The notes under the pieces were generated by a model, which was not told where the DNA came from, did not search any database, and was given only the letters and a program-made list of their open reading frames with translations. Source: Synechococcus sp. (GTDB lineage: Bacteria; Cyanobacteriota; Cyanobacteriia; Thermostichales; PCC-7336). Taken from it: DNA of 64,000 bases. A program made the position numbers and the translations under genes. Each line of letters starts with the position of its first letter. Positions within the stretch are counted from its first letter, which is position 1. Shown here piece by piece: positions 32,228 through 42,107 of the stretch. The DNA lies in NCBI GenBank assembly GCA_051439605.1, contig JBFRWN010000141.1:1-64000 (forward strand), read 5' to 3'.

Positions 32228-33940
32228 TTAGGCCTCGCGGCGGCGGGGTCTGCGACTGCCTTGGAAGTTGCGGCGATCGCCGCCACCACGAGGGCCTCGG
32301 TCGATGGAAATATTTGTGGGCTCTCCGCAGATGCGGACTTCTCTCAGGTGATTGAAGGTTTCCTCGGGCATTCCCTCGGGCAGATCCACAACGCTGAAGC
32401 TGTTAAACAGACGAATTCGGCCAATATGCCGGCTTTGTATGCCCCCTTCGTTAGCGATCGCCCCCACAATGTGTTTGGGGGTTACACCGCGATCGCGACC
32501 AATTTCAATCCGATAGCTGACCATCCCTGCTTCAGGACGGTTGCCACGATTACGATCGCGGCGCTGAGGACGATCTCGACTGTCGGGAGTATCGTCATGA
32601 AACCTGGGCTCGGGCTCTTTAGGGAGCTGCAGGGGGCGCTCCTTCTGTACTAGGTAGGTGAGAGCTGCAGCTATTTGTAGGGGGCTAAATCCCTTTTCCT
32701 CTTTTAGGTTGTGCACCAAATCCTCGAAGAATTCCATTTCCTCTTGGTTGGCAATCGTCTCAGCCACTTTGTCCTTGAACTGAACAATCCGACGGGCTGC
32801 AATATCGATGTTGCTGGGTAACTGCATAGGGTCGATTTGCTGACGAGTGGCCCGCTCGATGTTGCGCAGTAAACGACGCTCGCGGCGATGGACGAATAAA
32901 ATAGCGTCCCCTTTGCGTCCTGCTCGACCGGTACGGCCAATGCGGTGGACGTAGGTTTCGGTATCGAGGGGAATATCGTAGTTGATGACATGGCTGATGC
33001 GTTCTACATCCAAACCACGAGCAGCAACGTCAGTAGCGACAACAATGTCGAGGGACCCTCGCTTGAGACGTTCGATCGTCTTTTCACGCAATACTTGGGT
33101 GACATCGCCATTCAGGACTGCACTGGCATAACCGCTGTTTTCCAATAGTTCTGCCAGCTCGGCGGTCATGGATTTGGTGCGGGCAAAGATAATTGCAGCA
33201 TCAAATTCTTCGGCTTCAAGGATGCGAACTAGTGCGTCCTGCTTGCGCATCCCCTGAACGGTCCAGTAGCGCTGAGTAATGCTGGACACCGTAGCAGTCT
33301 TGGCAGCAATCTTGACCTCTACAGGGTCAGTGAGGTGTTGGCTAGCTACCTTGCGAATTTCCACCGGCATTGTGGCGGAGAACAGGACCACCTGACGGTT
33401 TTCGGGAGCCTGATTCAGGATGGTTTCTACATCGTCGATGAAGCCCATGCGCAACATTTCGTCTGCTTCATCCAGAACGATCGCTGACAAACCGCTGAGA
33501 CTTAGAGTTCCGCGACGCAAATGATCCAGCAGTCGACCGGGAGTGCCCACAACCACATGAACGCCGTAGCGCAGATCGCGGATTTGCTGGCCGATGCTCT
33601 GACCGCCGTAAAGAGTCGTTATTTTAAATCCAGACAAATGACGTCCGTAGGACTCCATTGCGTCTGCAACCTGAATGGCCAACTCTCGGGTGGGGGCCAA
33701 AACTAAGACTTGAGGCTCGCGGCGGGAAAGGTCAATGTTGCTCAGCAATGGCAGGGAAAAGGCAGCGGTTTTTCCGGTGCCGGTTTGGGCTTGGCCAACC
33801 ATATCGCGGCCATCCAGTAAAGGGGGGATACTTTGAGCCTGAATGGGTGAAGGAGTTTCGTAACCAACGTCGGCGACCGCGCGCAATATAGGTTCGGCTA
33901 AAGGCAGCTCGGCAAACTGAGGTGCAGTAGCTTGGGTCAT
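32228..33940 (-). CDS. deaD: DEAD-box RNA helicase DeaD/CsdA with C-terminal DbpA-type RNA-binding domain
   Basis: AQTGTGKT, PTRELA, DEAD, SAT and HRIGRTGRAG motifs; IVGAIANEGG C-terminal domain. Confidence 0.93.
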   Translation of the reverse strand: MTQATAPQFAELPLAEPILRAVADVGYETPSPIQAQSIPPLLDGRDMVGQAQTGTGKTAAFSLPLLSNIDLSRREPQVLVLAPTRELAIQVADAMESYGRHLSGFKITTLYGGQSIGQQIRDLRYGVHVVVGTPGRLLDHLRRGTLSLSGLSAIVLDEADEMLRMGFIDDVETILNQAPENRQVVLFSATMPVEIRKVASQHLTDPVEVKIAAKTATVSSITQRYWTVQGMRKQDALVRILEAEEFDAAIIFARTKSMTAELAELLENSGYASAVLNGDVTQVLREKTIERLKRGSLDIVVATDVAARGLDVERISHVINYDIPLDTETYVHRIGRTGRAGRKGDAILFVHRRERRLLRNIERATRQQIDPMQLPSNIDIAARRIVQFKDKVAETIANQEEMEFFEDLVHNLKEEKGFSPLQIAAALTYLVQKERPLQLPKEPEPRFHDDTPDSRDRPQRRDRNRGNRPEAGMVSYRIEIGRDRGVTPKHIVGAIANEGGIQSRHIGRIRLFNSFSVVDLPEGMPEETFNHLREVRICGEPTNISIDRGPRGGGDRRNFQGSRRPRRREA

Positions 33941-34465
33941 GGATATTCCTGTGATGAAGTTCCGGCAACCCCATCTGTCGATCTAGATCTTTCTAGGGGA
34001 TGAATGGAGATGCTGGGTGTTGGATATGCGAGAACGGAAAACTTTCCACCGTAAACGCAACAACTACCCAAAACGCCCAAAGAATGGAACGATGGCTGCA
34101 CGAACGGCTCAGTTTTATAACGTGCTCGGAAAAGTCCCTAGTTTAGTTGCTATGGGACTCTGTAGACTTTAACACTTTGTTACAAAAATAGACTAGGGTA
34201 ATTTCCCCGAATGGGTGGAGATCTGCGTGCGCTCCACTGCGTTAAAGTGCATGCCTATGCCTAGCTTAATTGGGTAATGCTCGTGATGCTAGTGCAGCAC
34301 TGGCTACCAAAACACTTGCGTGGCTGAAACTGGGGCTAGTCATGCATAGCTTTCAAGGTACTCAATGTTCTGTGATTCAACAACTTCTAGGCATGACGAG
34401 CTTGCCAATACCTGAATCCTCGCGCGCAAAGTTCTCAAACCTTGGCATGCTGAGAGGGGGGATTA

Positions 34466-35170
34466 TTGCTTCGGGAGAGCCACGTGGCTGCAGAGTACGA
34501 CGATAACGCCTTCGATCGCCTGTTTATTTGGTTGTTTTCGCGCAAGATGGCGGCTGCGGTGGGGGAAGACACTCAGATGAATGGCTATGACGGATTTGTG
34601 GATCTGTCCCAAAAAATTACGCGGGGGCGATCGGCGATCGAGCAAAGGCAGGTGGTAGCGCAAGTGCTCAACTCTCTAGTTCCTAGCTTTGCCCTCAGCA
34701 ATATTCGCAGATTTTTCTCACCCACGCAGCTGGTTTGCGAGCTAAATGCTTGGTTTGCCACTCAAATGTTCGAGTGGTTGGTGGGACCTTGCGAAGTGAT
34801 TGAGGTGGATGTCACTCTGCCAGACGGTACAGTCAGGCCACAAAAGAGCGGCGTACATATTCTGAAATGTCGCTATCTCGAGCAGAGCCAATGTGTGGGT
34901 ACTTGCGTTAATTTGTGCAAATTGCCCACCCAAGACTTCTTCACACAAGAATTTGGTATTCCCCTAACCATGATCCCTGACTTTGAGGACATGAGCTGCA
35001 AGATGGTGTTCGGTCAACAAGCTCCTTCTCTCGAAGAGGATCCGGTGTCGATGGAACCCTGCTTGGTGGATCGGTGTGTACTGGCCAATAACCAGACGGG
35101 GAATTGCCCGAAAGTTGGGATGGATACTGGTTCTGCTCAATCCTCTTCTGTGCGGATATCCACCCATTAG
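34466..35170 (+). CDS. Beta-carotene isomerase D27-like (DUF4033)
   Basis: FEWLVGPC, KCRYLExSxCVGxCVNLCKLPTQxFF and SCxMVFG motifs. Start may be GTG 34484. Confidence 0.88.
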   Translation: MLRESHVAAEYDDNAFDRLFIWLFSRKMAAAVGEDTQMNGYDGFVDLSQKITRGRSAIEQRQVVAQVLNSLVPSFALSNIRRFFSPTQLVCELNAWFATQMFEWLVGPCEVIEVDVTLPDGTVRPQKSGVHILKCRYLEQSQCVGTCVNLCKLPTQDFFTQEFGIPLTMIPDFEDMSCKMVFGQQAPSLEEDPVSMEPCLVDRCVLANNQTGNCPKVGMDTGSAQSSSVRISTH

Positions 35171-35311
35171 GTTTCTGAGGAGATCCTCAAGTCGCTAAGC
35201 TCATCTCAGGATGCCCGTCCCACTCTCCTCAACCGTGAATCCAACGAAATTGTTAGGTTGAATGATTGTGTTACGAAAGTCTAAGGCAAACTAGAGGTAT
35301 CTTTTCCACTT

Positions 35312-36172
35312 GTGACTTTGCTTGGTATGACAGTTCAGCCAAACGCCGAACAGCAATACGATGGCTGGTCTTTGGCCGCCCGCGATCCCAATACGATTAA
35401 GCGCTTCTTGCCGTTATGGCAGTGGCTATACGCCAATTATTTCCGGGTGGAAACAGATGGCTGGGAGCATATCCCGGCAGATGGGCAAGCGCTCTATGTG
35501 GGGTCCCACAATGGTGGGATTGCCAGTCCCGATTTGCCGATGTTTATGGTGGATTGGTTCCGCCGCTTCGGATTCGATCGCCACATCTACGGCCTCATGC
35601 ATCCGTCGGTTTGGAAGCTATCTCCGCAGTTAGGGGCCTTGGCCTCTCGGTTTGGGGCGGTGCAGGCTCATCCCAAGATGGCGTTTTCAGCTTTCCGCCA
35701 AGGTGCTAGCGTGCTGGTGTATCCGGGAGGAGCGCGGGATGTGTTTCGTCCACACCGCATGCGCGATCGCATTCATCTGGCCGGACATACTGGTTTTGTA
35801 AAAGTCGCTCTGCGGCAGCAAGTGCCAATTATACCGGTAATTTCTTGGGGAGCACACGATACGTTTTACGTGGTTGAAGATTGCTACGAACAGGTAAAAA
35901 CCCTGCACGATCGCGGTGTCATGCCCTGGCTGTTTGATGTGGACCCCGAGGTATTTCCCATTTATCTAGGGTTGCCTTGGGGATTAGCGGTGGGACCATT
36001 GCCCAATTTGCCTCTGCCAGTTCAAATTCGTACGCGAGTATGTCCCCCCATTGAGTTCGAGCGCTACGGTATGGATGCGGCTCGCGATCGCGATTACGTG
36101 CGGCGCTGCTACGAGCAGGTGGTTACCCAAATGCAGCATTCCCTGAACGATTTGACGCTTAAGGCTGCTTGA
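35312..36172 (+). CDS. LPLAT/DGAT2-like acyltransferase (Slr2103-like)
   Basis: GWSLxxRDP, GSHNGG...D and VYPGG motifs. Slr2103 orthology is from memory. Confidence 0.8.
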   Translation: MTLLGMTVQPNAEQQYDGWSLAARDPNTIKRFLPLWQWLYANYFRVETDGWEHIPADGQALYVGSHNGGIASPDLPMFMVDWFRRFGFDRHIYGLMHPSVWKLSPQLGALASRFGAVQAHPKMAFSAFRQGASVLVYPGGARDVFRPHRMRDRIHLAGHTGFVKVALRQQVPIIPVISWGAHDTFYVVEDCYEQVKTLHDRGVMPWLFDVDPEVFPIYLGLPWGLAVGPLPNLPLPVQIRTRVCPPIEFERYGMDAARDRDYVRRCYEQVVTQMQHSLNDLTLKAA

Positions 36173-36234
36173 GGGCTGGACTCCTGTTTCCATGCTCGTG
36201 CGATTGCGTTGTGGGTAAGCGCTGACCCCTTGTC

Positions 36235-36921
36235 CTAGGTCTGTTCAGTATCCCCGGCATTCATCCATTGCTGCATTAGCTGCACTCCGCGCGAGGTACC
36301 CAGACGGGTGGCGCCAGCTTCTACTAAGGCGATTGCCCCCTCCACCGTTTTGATGCCCCCAGAGGCTTTGACAGGTACTTGACCGCGAGTAATCTCCCAC
36401 AATAATTTCACATCTGCGACGGTAGCCCCCCCTCGCCATCCGGTGGAGGTTTTTAAAAACGCCACTCCTGCATCGGCACATATCTCACCTGCCAAACGCT
36501 TCTCCTCCTCTGTCAAAACAGAGGTTTCCAAAATGGCTTTGATGGGGAGGCCGGTTTCCTCCACAATGTGTGCCATTTCCGAATGAACGCCATCGCTGTT
36601 CCCCGCCTTAAGCCAACCTATGTTAGTGACAACATCCAGCTCCTGTGCCCCCGCTTCGCGGGCCAGCATTGCTTCGTACAGCTTCACCTCCGGCATCGTG
36701 CCCCCCAGCGGAAACCCAATCACAGTGGAGACTTTGGGCGGGCGATTATGAAGCAAGTCAACTGCTTGCTTAATGTTGCAGGGTAGAACGCATACGCTAG
36801 CAAAGTTGAAGCGATCGGCTTCTTTGCAGAGGCGATCGACCTGTTCGGGCAGTGCAGTGGGGTCGAGCAACGAATGGTCGATATATGGCGCTAAGTCTAA
36901 GTCAGAGGGAAATTCAGGCAC
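36235..36921 (-). CDS. deoC: Deoxyribose-phosphate aldolase
   Basis: IDHSLL, VIGFPLG, KTSTG and VKASGGI motifs. Confidence 0.96.
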   Translation of the reverse strand: MPEFPSDLDLAPYIDHSLLDPTALPEQVDRLCKEADRFNFASVCVLPCNIKQAVDLLHNRPPKVSTVIGFPLGGTMPEVKLYEAMLAREAGAQELDVVTNIGWLKAGNSDGVHSEMAHIVEETGLPIKAILETSVLTEEEKRLAGEICADAGVAFLKTSTGWRGGATVADVKLLWEITRGQVPVKASGGIKTVEGAIALVEAGATRLGTSRGVQLMQQWMNAGDTEQT

Positions 36922-37241
36922 AGGTAAGTTCGCAACGATCCTTTGACTAACCTACAGCGATCGAGCGAGCATGTGGCGTCTCGAATATACGTTGGTAACA
37001 GTGACTGCTTTAGCTTGTTCAGTGATGGATGAAGACAGTTATTGTCAGTGGGGATTGCGAATCTCCCGAGTAGGGATAAGTTACTGCGAGTTCCCAGATC
37101 GATGGGCAACGGCTGTTTGTCCGTTACGTTTACTATTGCGCCCGGATTTCTTAGAATTGCAAGCAAAAATACGGCGATTTGCAGATCCTTAGTCTTATCC
37201 CTGACTCAGCAATACGCAAAGCTATTTTACTCCTGGTATTA

Positions 37242-37445
37242 ATGGCCACTGCCTTCGGCTTTGTAAGCAATTCAGAATTGCCACTATCATTCGTCTCTAA
37301 AAAGGCTGGTGTCAGCGAGCAGCGACTAGAACAAGCTTTGAATACTCGAGCAAGCGAGCTTCATATCGAAGGTCAAGATTACGGAACTGAAGCCGTGCCG
37401 GATTTTCCGCATATTTTTGTGGATACGTCTCGGTGTGCCGAATGA
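37242..37445 (+). CDS. Possible small hypothetical protein (67 aa)
   Basis: ATG ORF filling the deoC-dus gap, ending 7 nt from the convergent dus stop; no motif recognised. Confidence 0.4.
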   Translation: MATAFGFVSNSELPLSFVSKKAGVSEQRLEQALNTRASELHIEGQDYGTEAVPDFPHIFVDTSRCAE

Positions 37446-37452
37446 GCTGGAT

Positions 37453-38502
37453 TCAGCCCTGACAGTGGGCGATCGCCCGATCCAAAATTTCGATTGCTGA
37501 TTCCACCGACTCGATGCGACAGAGCTGAGGGCGAAACTCGGCAGCCTCCGGAATAGCTTCGATGTACCAAATCATGTGTTTGCGGGCCTGCAAAATCCCC
37601 CGCTCCCCCTTGTCTTCCCACAACCAGCGCACGTGATCCTGCGCCACCCGCAGTCGCTCTGCTGCCGTCATTGGCTGCGGATACTCACCGGTTTTTAGAT
37701 AGCGATCGATCTCCCCGACCAACTCGGGGGAACCCAAAGTCCCGCGGGCACACATCACCCCATCAGCCCCCGTTTGTTCCAGACAGGCGATCGCGGCGTG
37801 TAGCGAATGAATGTCCCCATTGGCAATCACAGGAATCTCCAGCGCTTGCTTGACCCGCGCAATCCATTCCCAGCGGGCTTGCCCCTTAAACCCCTGTTCG
37901 CGGGTACGTCCGTGCAAGGTTAGCATTTGTGCCCCTGCATCCTGCAGCCCACGGGCAAAATCGACGATTTGGATAGAGGACTCCGACCAACCAATCCGGG
38001 TCTTTACCGTTACGGGGAGGCTGACGGCGGCTACTACCGACTCTACGATGGTTTGAGCCAGCTCCGGTTCCTGCAGGAGGGCCGAGCCACCCCCTTTGCA
38101 GGCAATCTTGCGCACCGGGCAGCCCATATTAATATCAATCGCATCCGCCCCCGCTGCCTCTGCCTTGCGGGCAGCGTCTGCCATCATTTGGGGACGGCGA
38201 TCGTACAGCTGCAACCCAATGGGCTTGTCTTGTGGGGCGATCGTAGCGATGCTGGGTTGCAGCTTAGCTTCTGCCAACCCCTGTGCCCCAATCATCTCCG
38301 TATAAAGCAAACTGTGCGGCGCAAAACGCCGCACAAGTCGTCGAAATACTGTGTCTGTCACCCCCGCTAACGGAGATTGCAATACCCGACTGTTAACCTG
38401 AAACCGACCAATCTGTAGCGGCTGAGAGAGCCGTTGTTGCAGCGCCGCAGATAATAGATGCGGGCGGCTGGAGATCGACGTTAGGACGGGCACAGTGGGC
38501 AT
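37453..38502 (-). CDS. dusB: tRNA-dihydrouridine synthase (DusB/NifR3 type)
   Basis: SPLAGVTD, INMGCP, VKTRIGW, HGRT and IANGD motifs. Confidence 0.92.
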   Translation of the reverse strand: MPTVPVLTSISSRPHLLSAALQQRLSQPLQIGRFQVNSRVLQSPLAGVTDTVFRRLVRRFAPHSLLYTEMIGAQGLAEAKLQPSIATIAPQDKPIGLQLYDRRPQMMADAARKAEAAGADAIDINMGCPVRKIACKGGGSALLQEPELAQTIVESVVAAVSLPVTVKTRIGWSESSIQIVDFARGLQDAGAQMLTLHGRTREQGFKGQARWEWIARVKQALEIPVIANGDIHSLHAAIACLEQTGADGVMCARGTLGSPELVGEIDRYLKTGEYPQPMTAAERLRVAQDHVRWLWEDKGERGILQARKHMIWYIEAIPEAAEFRPQLCRIESVESAIEILDRAIAHCQG

Positions 38503-38717
38503 TAACCCTCTGCGTTTAAGAAGGGCAATAAAGCCATAGTACGGGAGCGCTTGATAGCAACGGTCATATCCCGCTGTTGCTTAGCAGTCAGGCCGGTGAT
38601 GCGGCGGGGCAAAATCTTTCCGCGCTCGGTGATGAACTTCTTGAGCAGTTCGGTGTCTTTGTAATCAATAGGGTCGCCGGGCTTGATGGGCGACATCCGC
38701 TTGCGGAAGTAAGGCAT
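38502..38717 (-). CDS. rpsR: 30S ribosomal protein S18
   Basis: IDYKD...[10 protein letters not shown] motif. Confidence 0.98.
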   Translation of the reverse strand: MPYFRKRMSPIKPGDPIDYKDTELLKKFITERGKILPRRITGLTAKQQRDMTVAIKRSRTMALLPFLNAEG

Positions 38718-38813
38718 CGGTCTCTCTCAGTGGAATGGGGTTGTATTGCTTGCGATGTAGGCCATGGGCGAGTGCATAAGACTCGTGGGGCAATCGCAGG
38801 GAAATCTGTAAAG

Positions 38814-39008
38814 CTACTTGATTTCCTTATGCACCGTATGGGTGTTGCAGTGGGTGCAGAACTTTTTAAGTTCTAGCCGGTTGGTGGTGTTGCGGCGATT
38901 CTTGGTGGTGGTGTACCGGGATACCCCGTTAGACCGCTTGTTGGAATTCGTGCGGCATTCAGTGCATTCCAGGGTAATCACCAGGCGAACGCCCTTCGCT
39001 TTAGCCAT
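38814..39008 (-). CDS. rpmG: 50S ribosomal protein L33
   Basis: LECTEC...YTTTKNRRN...LELKKFC motif. Confidence 0.98.
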   Translation of the reverse strand: MAKAKGVRLVITLECTECRTNSNKRSNGVSRYTTTKNRRNTTNRLELKKFCTHCNTHTVHKEIK

Positions 39009-39032
39009 GGGTTTCTCAGTTTTTAGACGCGA

Positions 39033-40073
39033 TCACAGATTATCTAACTTATCCTGAACATTTTCAACCCAATTGCGCATTTGCTTGCCCGCTTGTTTGC
39101 TCATGGATCTGGCATTTTTGCTGACATCGCGAATGGCATCATCCTCTTGGGCCTGCGAAACTAGGTCCCCAAGAGCTCCTTTGATGTCCTCCATCAGCTC
39201 TCCCCCTTCTCCTTCTTCTAGGAATTCGGACAGCTTTGCGTCCAGTTGATATCCTTCTTCGCAGTCGATCACCTGCGTACGGGCAGCGCGATCGTGCAGA
39301 CTTTGGCGCTTCTCTTTGTCGAAGATTGCAAACAGGCTGTCGGCCACAAGGGGAACTCCCAATGCCTCGGTGGCAATCAGCAGAGAAGAAACACCTTCGC
39401 GTGCAACAGAGCGAATTAGGGAGGGAGGCTCGTCGGTTTGGGTGTCGACAGTCTTAATGTTTAAGGCCCATTTGCCGATGCTCTGGCCGGTTCTGGACTG
39501 ACCGTACCCACGGTTGATCATCCAGGTACCGAAGAAGGCACCGTAGCCCATCATGGCGATCGCTTCGGGACCGCCCCCAAACATGGCCACGAGACCTTGG
39601 GCGACGTAGGACACTCCCAGGCCAATGCCAAAGTCAATGGCGAACGCACCGGCGCGCTTTTTGAAGCTGGCCAGATTGCCCTCAGTAACCGTGTCTGACT
39701 CTACTTGGGTTTGAGTCGCGGTGCGGGGGTAGGCGATATCGGGGGTGGGTAGGGCATCAAACCGCCGCACCTCTTTTTCTTTAAAATCCCGCTGTACGGG
39801 GTCCGGCTGCCGCTGCTGCATGGGTTGCGGCTGGTAGGGCTGCTGTCCCGGTTGGTAAGAGCGGGGAGGTCGCTGTTGAGGGGGTTGCTGCTGGGGAGCC
39901 CGCTGCTGGGAGGGATACTGCTGGGGAGGATATTGGGGGCGACCCTGACCAGATTGAGGCGGTCTAGGCTGCTGCGGAGGTCTGGGGGGTTGCGAACCCT
40001 GTGGATATCGGGGTGGCTGAGATGGCCGCTGGGGTTGGCGAGAATTAGGATCGCGTGGATCTCGATTCGTCAT
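39033..40073 (-). CDS. RDD-family membrane protein with Pro/Gln-rich N-terminus
   Basis: KRAGAFAID, GQSIGKW and RQSLHDR motifs; likely start ATG 40073. Confidence 0.85.
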   Translation of the reverse strand: MTNRDPRDPNSRQPQRPSQPPRYPQGSQPPRPPQQPRPPQSGQGRPQYPPQQYPSQQRAPQQQPPQQRPPRSYQPGQQPYQPQPMQQRQPDPVQRDFKEKEVRRFDALPTPDIAYPRTATQTQVESDTVTEGNLASFKKRAGAFAIDFGIGLGVSYVAQGLVAMFGGGPEAIAMMGYGAFFGTWMINRGYGQSRTGQSIGKWALNIKTVDTQTDEPPSLIRSVAREGVSSLLIATEALGVPLVADSLFAIFDKEKRQSLHDRAARTQVIDCEEGYQLDAKLSEFLEEGEGGELMEDIKGALGDLVSQAQEDDAIRDVSKNARSMSKQAGKQMRNWVENVQDKLDNL

Positions 40074-40476
40074 TTGGGTAACCGCGCTAGAGCCTAGGCT
40101 GATGTACGTTACTTCTATGTTAGCTGCCCATCGAAACAGTGTTTCTGAGGGAATACCCCTCATCGCCTTGCGGGATGGCCAGTTATGCAAGTTTGCACAA
40201 GAATTCGCCGTAGCATAGCAGATTCCCGATCGCCTTGTAATTCCGTGGGTTGAGAATAGGGTTTATCCGTTGTCCGAAACTCTTTAGGGAGGTGTTGGAT
40301 CTGCAGAGTAATCATGCAAACTGTCGCGATGCTTTAGACTTGCTCTAAATTGGACTATCTCTAATTTTAGAGTGACGAAGTTTCTAATTTGGAGTAACGC
40401 AGTTAGCTTGAGCTGCCGATAAGGTGGTGACAGCGGGACTAAGCTTGACGATGCCTGTCACTCTGCGGAAAGGAAA

Positions 40477-41994
40477 ATGCCGCTGTATTTCAAACTGGCA
40501 ATTTACCTGGCACTCTTCGGCATCTTTGTCGGCTTGCTGGTGTGGCTGATTCGCACCTTTCTGGATCTCATTTATGCAGTGGGGTTCAACCCGATTCTGC
40601 GCAACCTGCTGGTTGGCGTTTTAGTCATTCTGCTGCTGGGGTGTCTGCTGGCAGCCGGGTATTTTCTAATAGCTGTCTTGCGGCAGCCCGGCGATGTTAA
40701 GCCTACAGTAGTTTCTTCAGAACCTAAGAATGCAGCTGAGAAAACATCTGCTGCTAGAGATCGATTGGCAGAAGTTCGCCAGCAGCTAGAGACGATTGAG
40801 GATGAGGTAGCCCGCGAGGCGATCGCCGCTCAAGCCGCTGAGATCGATAAAAACCTTGAGAATCAGCGCATCAAGATTGTGGTATTTGGCACCGGTTCTT
40901 CGGGAAAAACCTCCACGATCAACGCGTTGCTGGGAAAGCAAGTCGGCACGGTAGGGGCTGCGATGGGCAGTACCGCCACCTCTGCCCTTTACCGCTGGGA
41001 ACTGCCGGGAATTAGTGACCCGATTGAAATTTTGGATAGTCCTGGAATTTTAGAGGCTGGGGCAGCTGGGGCAGAGCGGGAGGGGGAAGCGCAAGTGCAG
41101 GCATTGTCTGCAGATCTGCTAATTTTTGTTGTGGATGGGGATTTGCGCCAGTCGGAATACGAGCCCTTGATGGCGTTGGCGGAGTTGGGGAAGCGATCGC
41201 TGCTGGTCTTGAATAAGTCAGATCGCTACACCGAACTGGAGCAGAATCAGTTGTTGGCTCAACTGCGGGAGCGGGTGCGCTACACTATCGCGTTTGAGGA
41301 TGTGATTTTAGCGGCGGCTCGCCCCACTCCCATTGTGGTAGCCGGGCAAAGCTACCCGATCGAACCTAAGATTCAGGAGCTAAAGCAGCGAATTCAGGAG
41401 GTTTTGAAGGCGGAGGGGCGATCGCTGATTCTCGATAACGCCCTGCTGCAATCTCAAAAATTGAGTGCGGAAGCCAAGCGAATCTTGGGCAAACAATTGG
41501 AAAAAGAAGCCGAGAAGGTTGTAGAACGCTTTCAGTGGATAGTTACGGCCGCGGTCTTTGCCAATCCACTACCGGTGGTTGACCTGTTGGCCACCGCAGC
41601 GATTAATGCCCAGATGGTGGTGGAGATCGGCGGCGTTTATGGCTGCAAGCTGAATCTGGCGCGCGGGCGGGAGCTGGCTTATTCCTTGGCCAAGACCTTG
41701 GCAGGGATGGGACTGGTGGAGGGTAGCATTCAGCTGATGACGGGGATTATGACGGCGGTGGCGGAGGTAACCGTCGTAGGATTCATCGTGACGGCCCCAA
41801 TTCAGGCTGCCAGTGCTGGATACCTGACTCGCATTGCGGGGCGAAGCTTTATCGAGTATTTCAAGCGGGATGGTAGTTGGGGGGATGGCGGGATCGAGCA
41901 GGTGGTCCAAGAGCAGGTGGAGCGCACGAAGGGGGAAAAGCGCTGGACGGAATCGTTTGTGCGGGAGGCAATTCGCAAGCTGGATATTTTGTAG
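40477..41994 (+). CDS. Membrane-anchored GTPase with DUF697/YcjF-like C-terminus
   Basis: Two N-terminal TM helices; GTGSSGKT, DSPG and NKSD motifs; NPLPVVDLLA. Confidence 0.85.
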   Translation: MPLYFKLAIYLALFGIFVGLLVWLIRTFLDLIYAVGFNPILRNLLVGVLVILLLGCLLAAGYFLIAVLRQPGDVKPTVVSSEPKNAAEKTSAARDRLAEVRQQLETIEDEVAREAIAAQAAEIDKNLENQRIKIVVFGTGSSGKTSTINALLGKQVGTVGAAMGSTATSALYRWELPGISDPIEILDSPGILEAGAAGAEREGEAQVQALSADLLIFVVDGDLRQSEYEPLMALAELGKRSLLVLNKSDRYTELEQNQLLAQLRERVRYTIAFEDVILAAARPTPIVVAGQSYPIEPKIQELKQRIQEVLKAEGRSLILDNALLQSQKLSAEAKRILGKQLEKEAEKVVERFQWIVTAAVFANPLPVVDLLATAAINAQMVVEIGGVYGCKLNLARGRELAYSLAKTLAGMGLVEGSIQLMTGIMTAVAEVTVVGFIVTAPIQAASAGYLTRIAGRSFIEYFKRDGSWGDGGIEQVVQEQVERTKGEKRWTESFVREAIRKLDIL

Positions 41995-42107
41995 TGGCAG
42001 GCCGATCTTTATAAAATTCCTGAGTGTGGAGTTCTCTGTATTGGGGGCGTTGTTTGCCGAATGCTCAAGTAACGCTGGCGATGGACCTCGCCTGCAAATT
42101 CATCAGA

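Noticed and set aside
34447..34470. Possible frameshift at a G-run upstream of the D27-like gene
   Set aside because: In-frame TTG and GTG starts with purine-rich RBS explain the gene without a frameshift.
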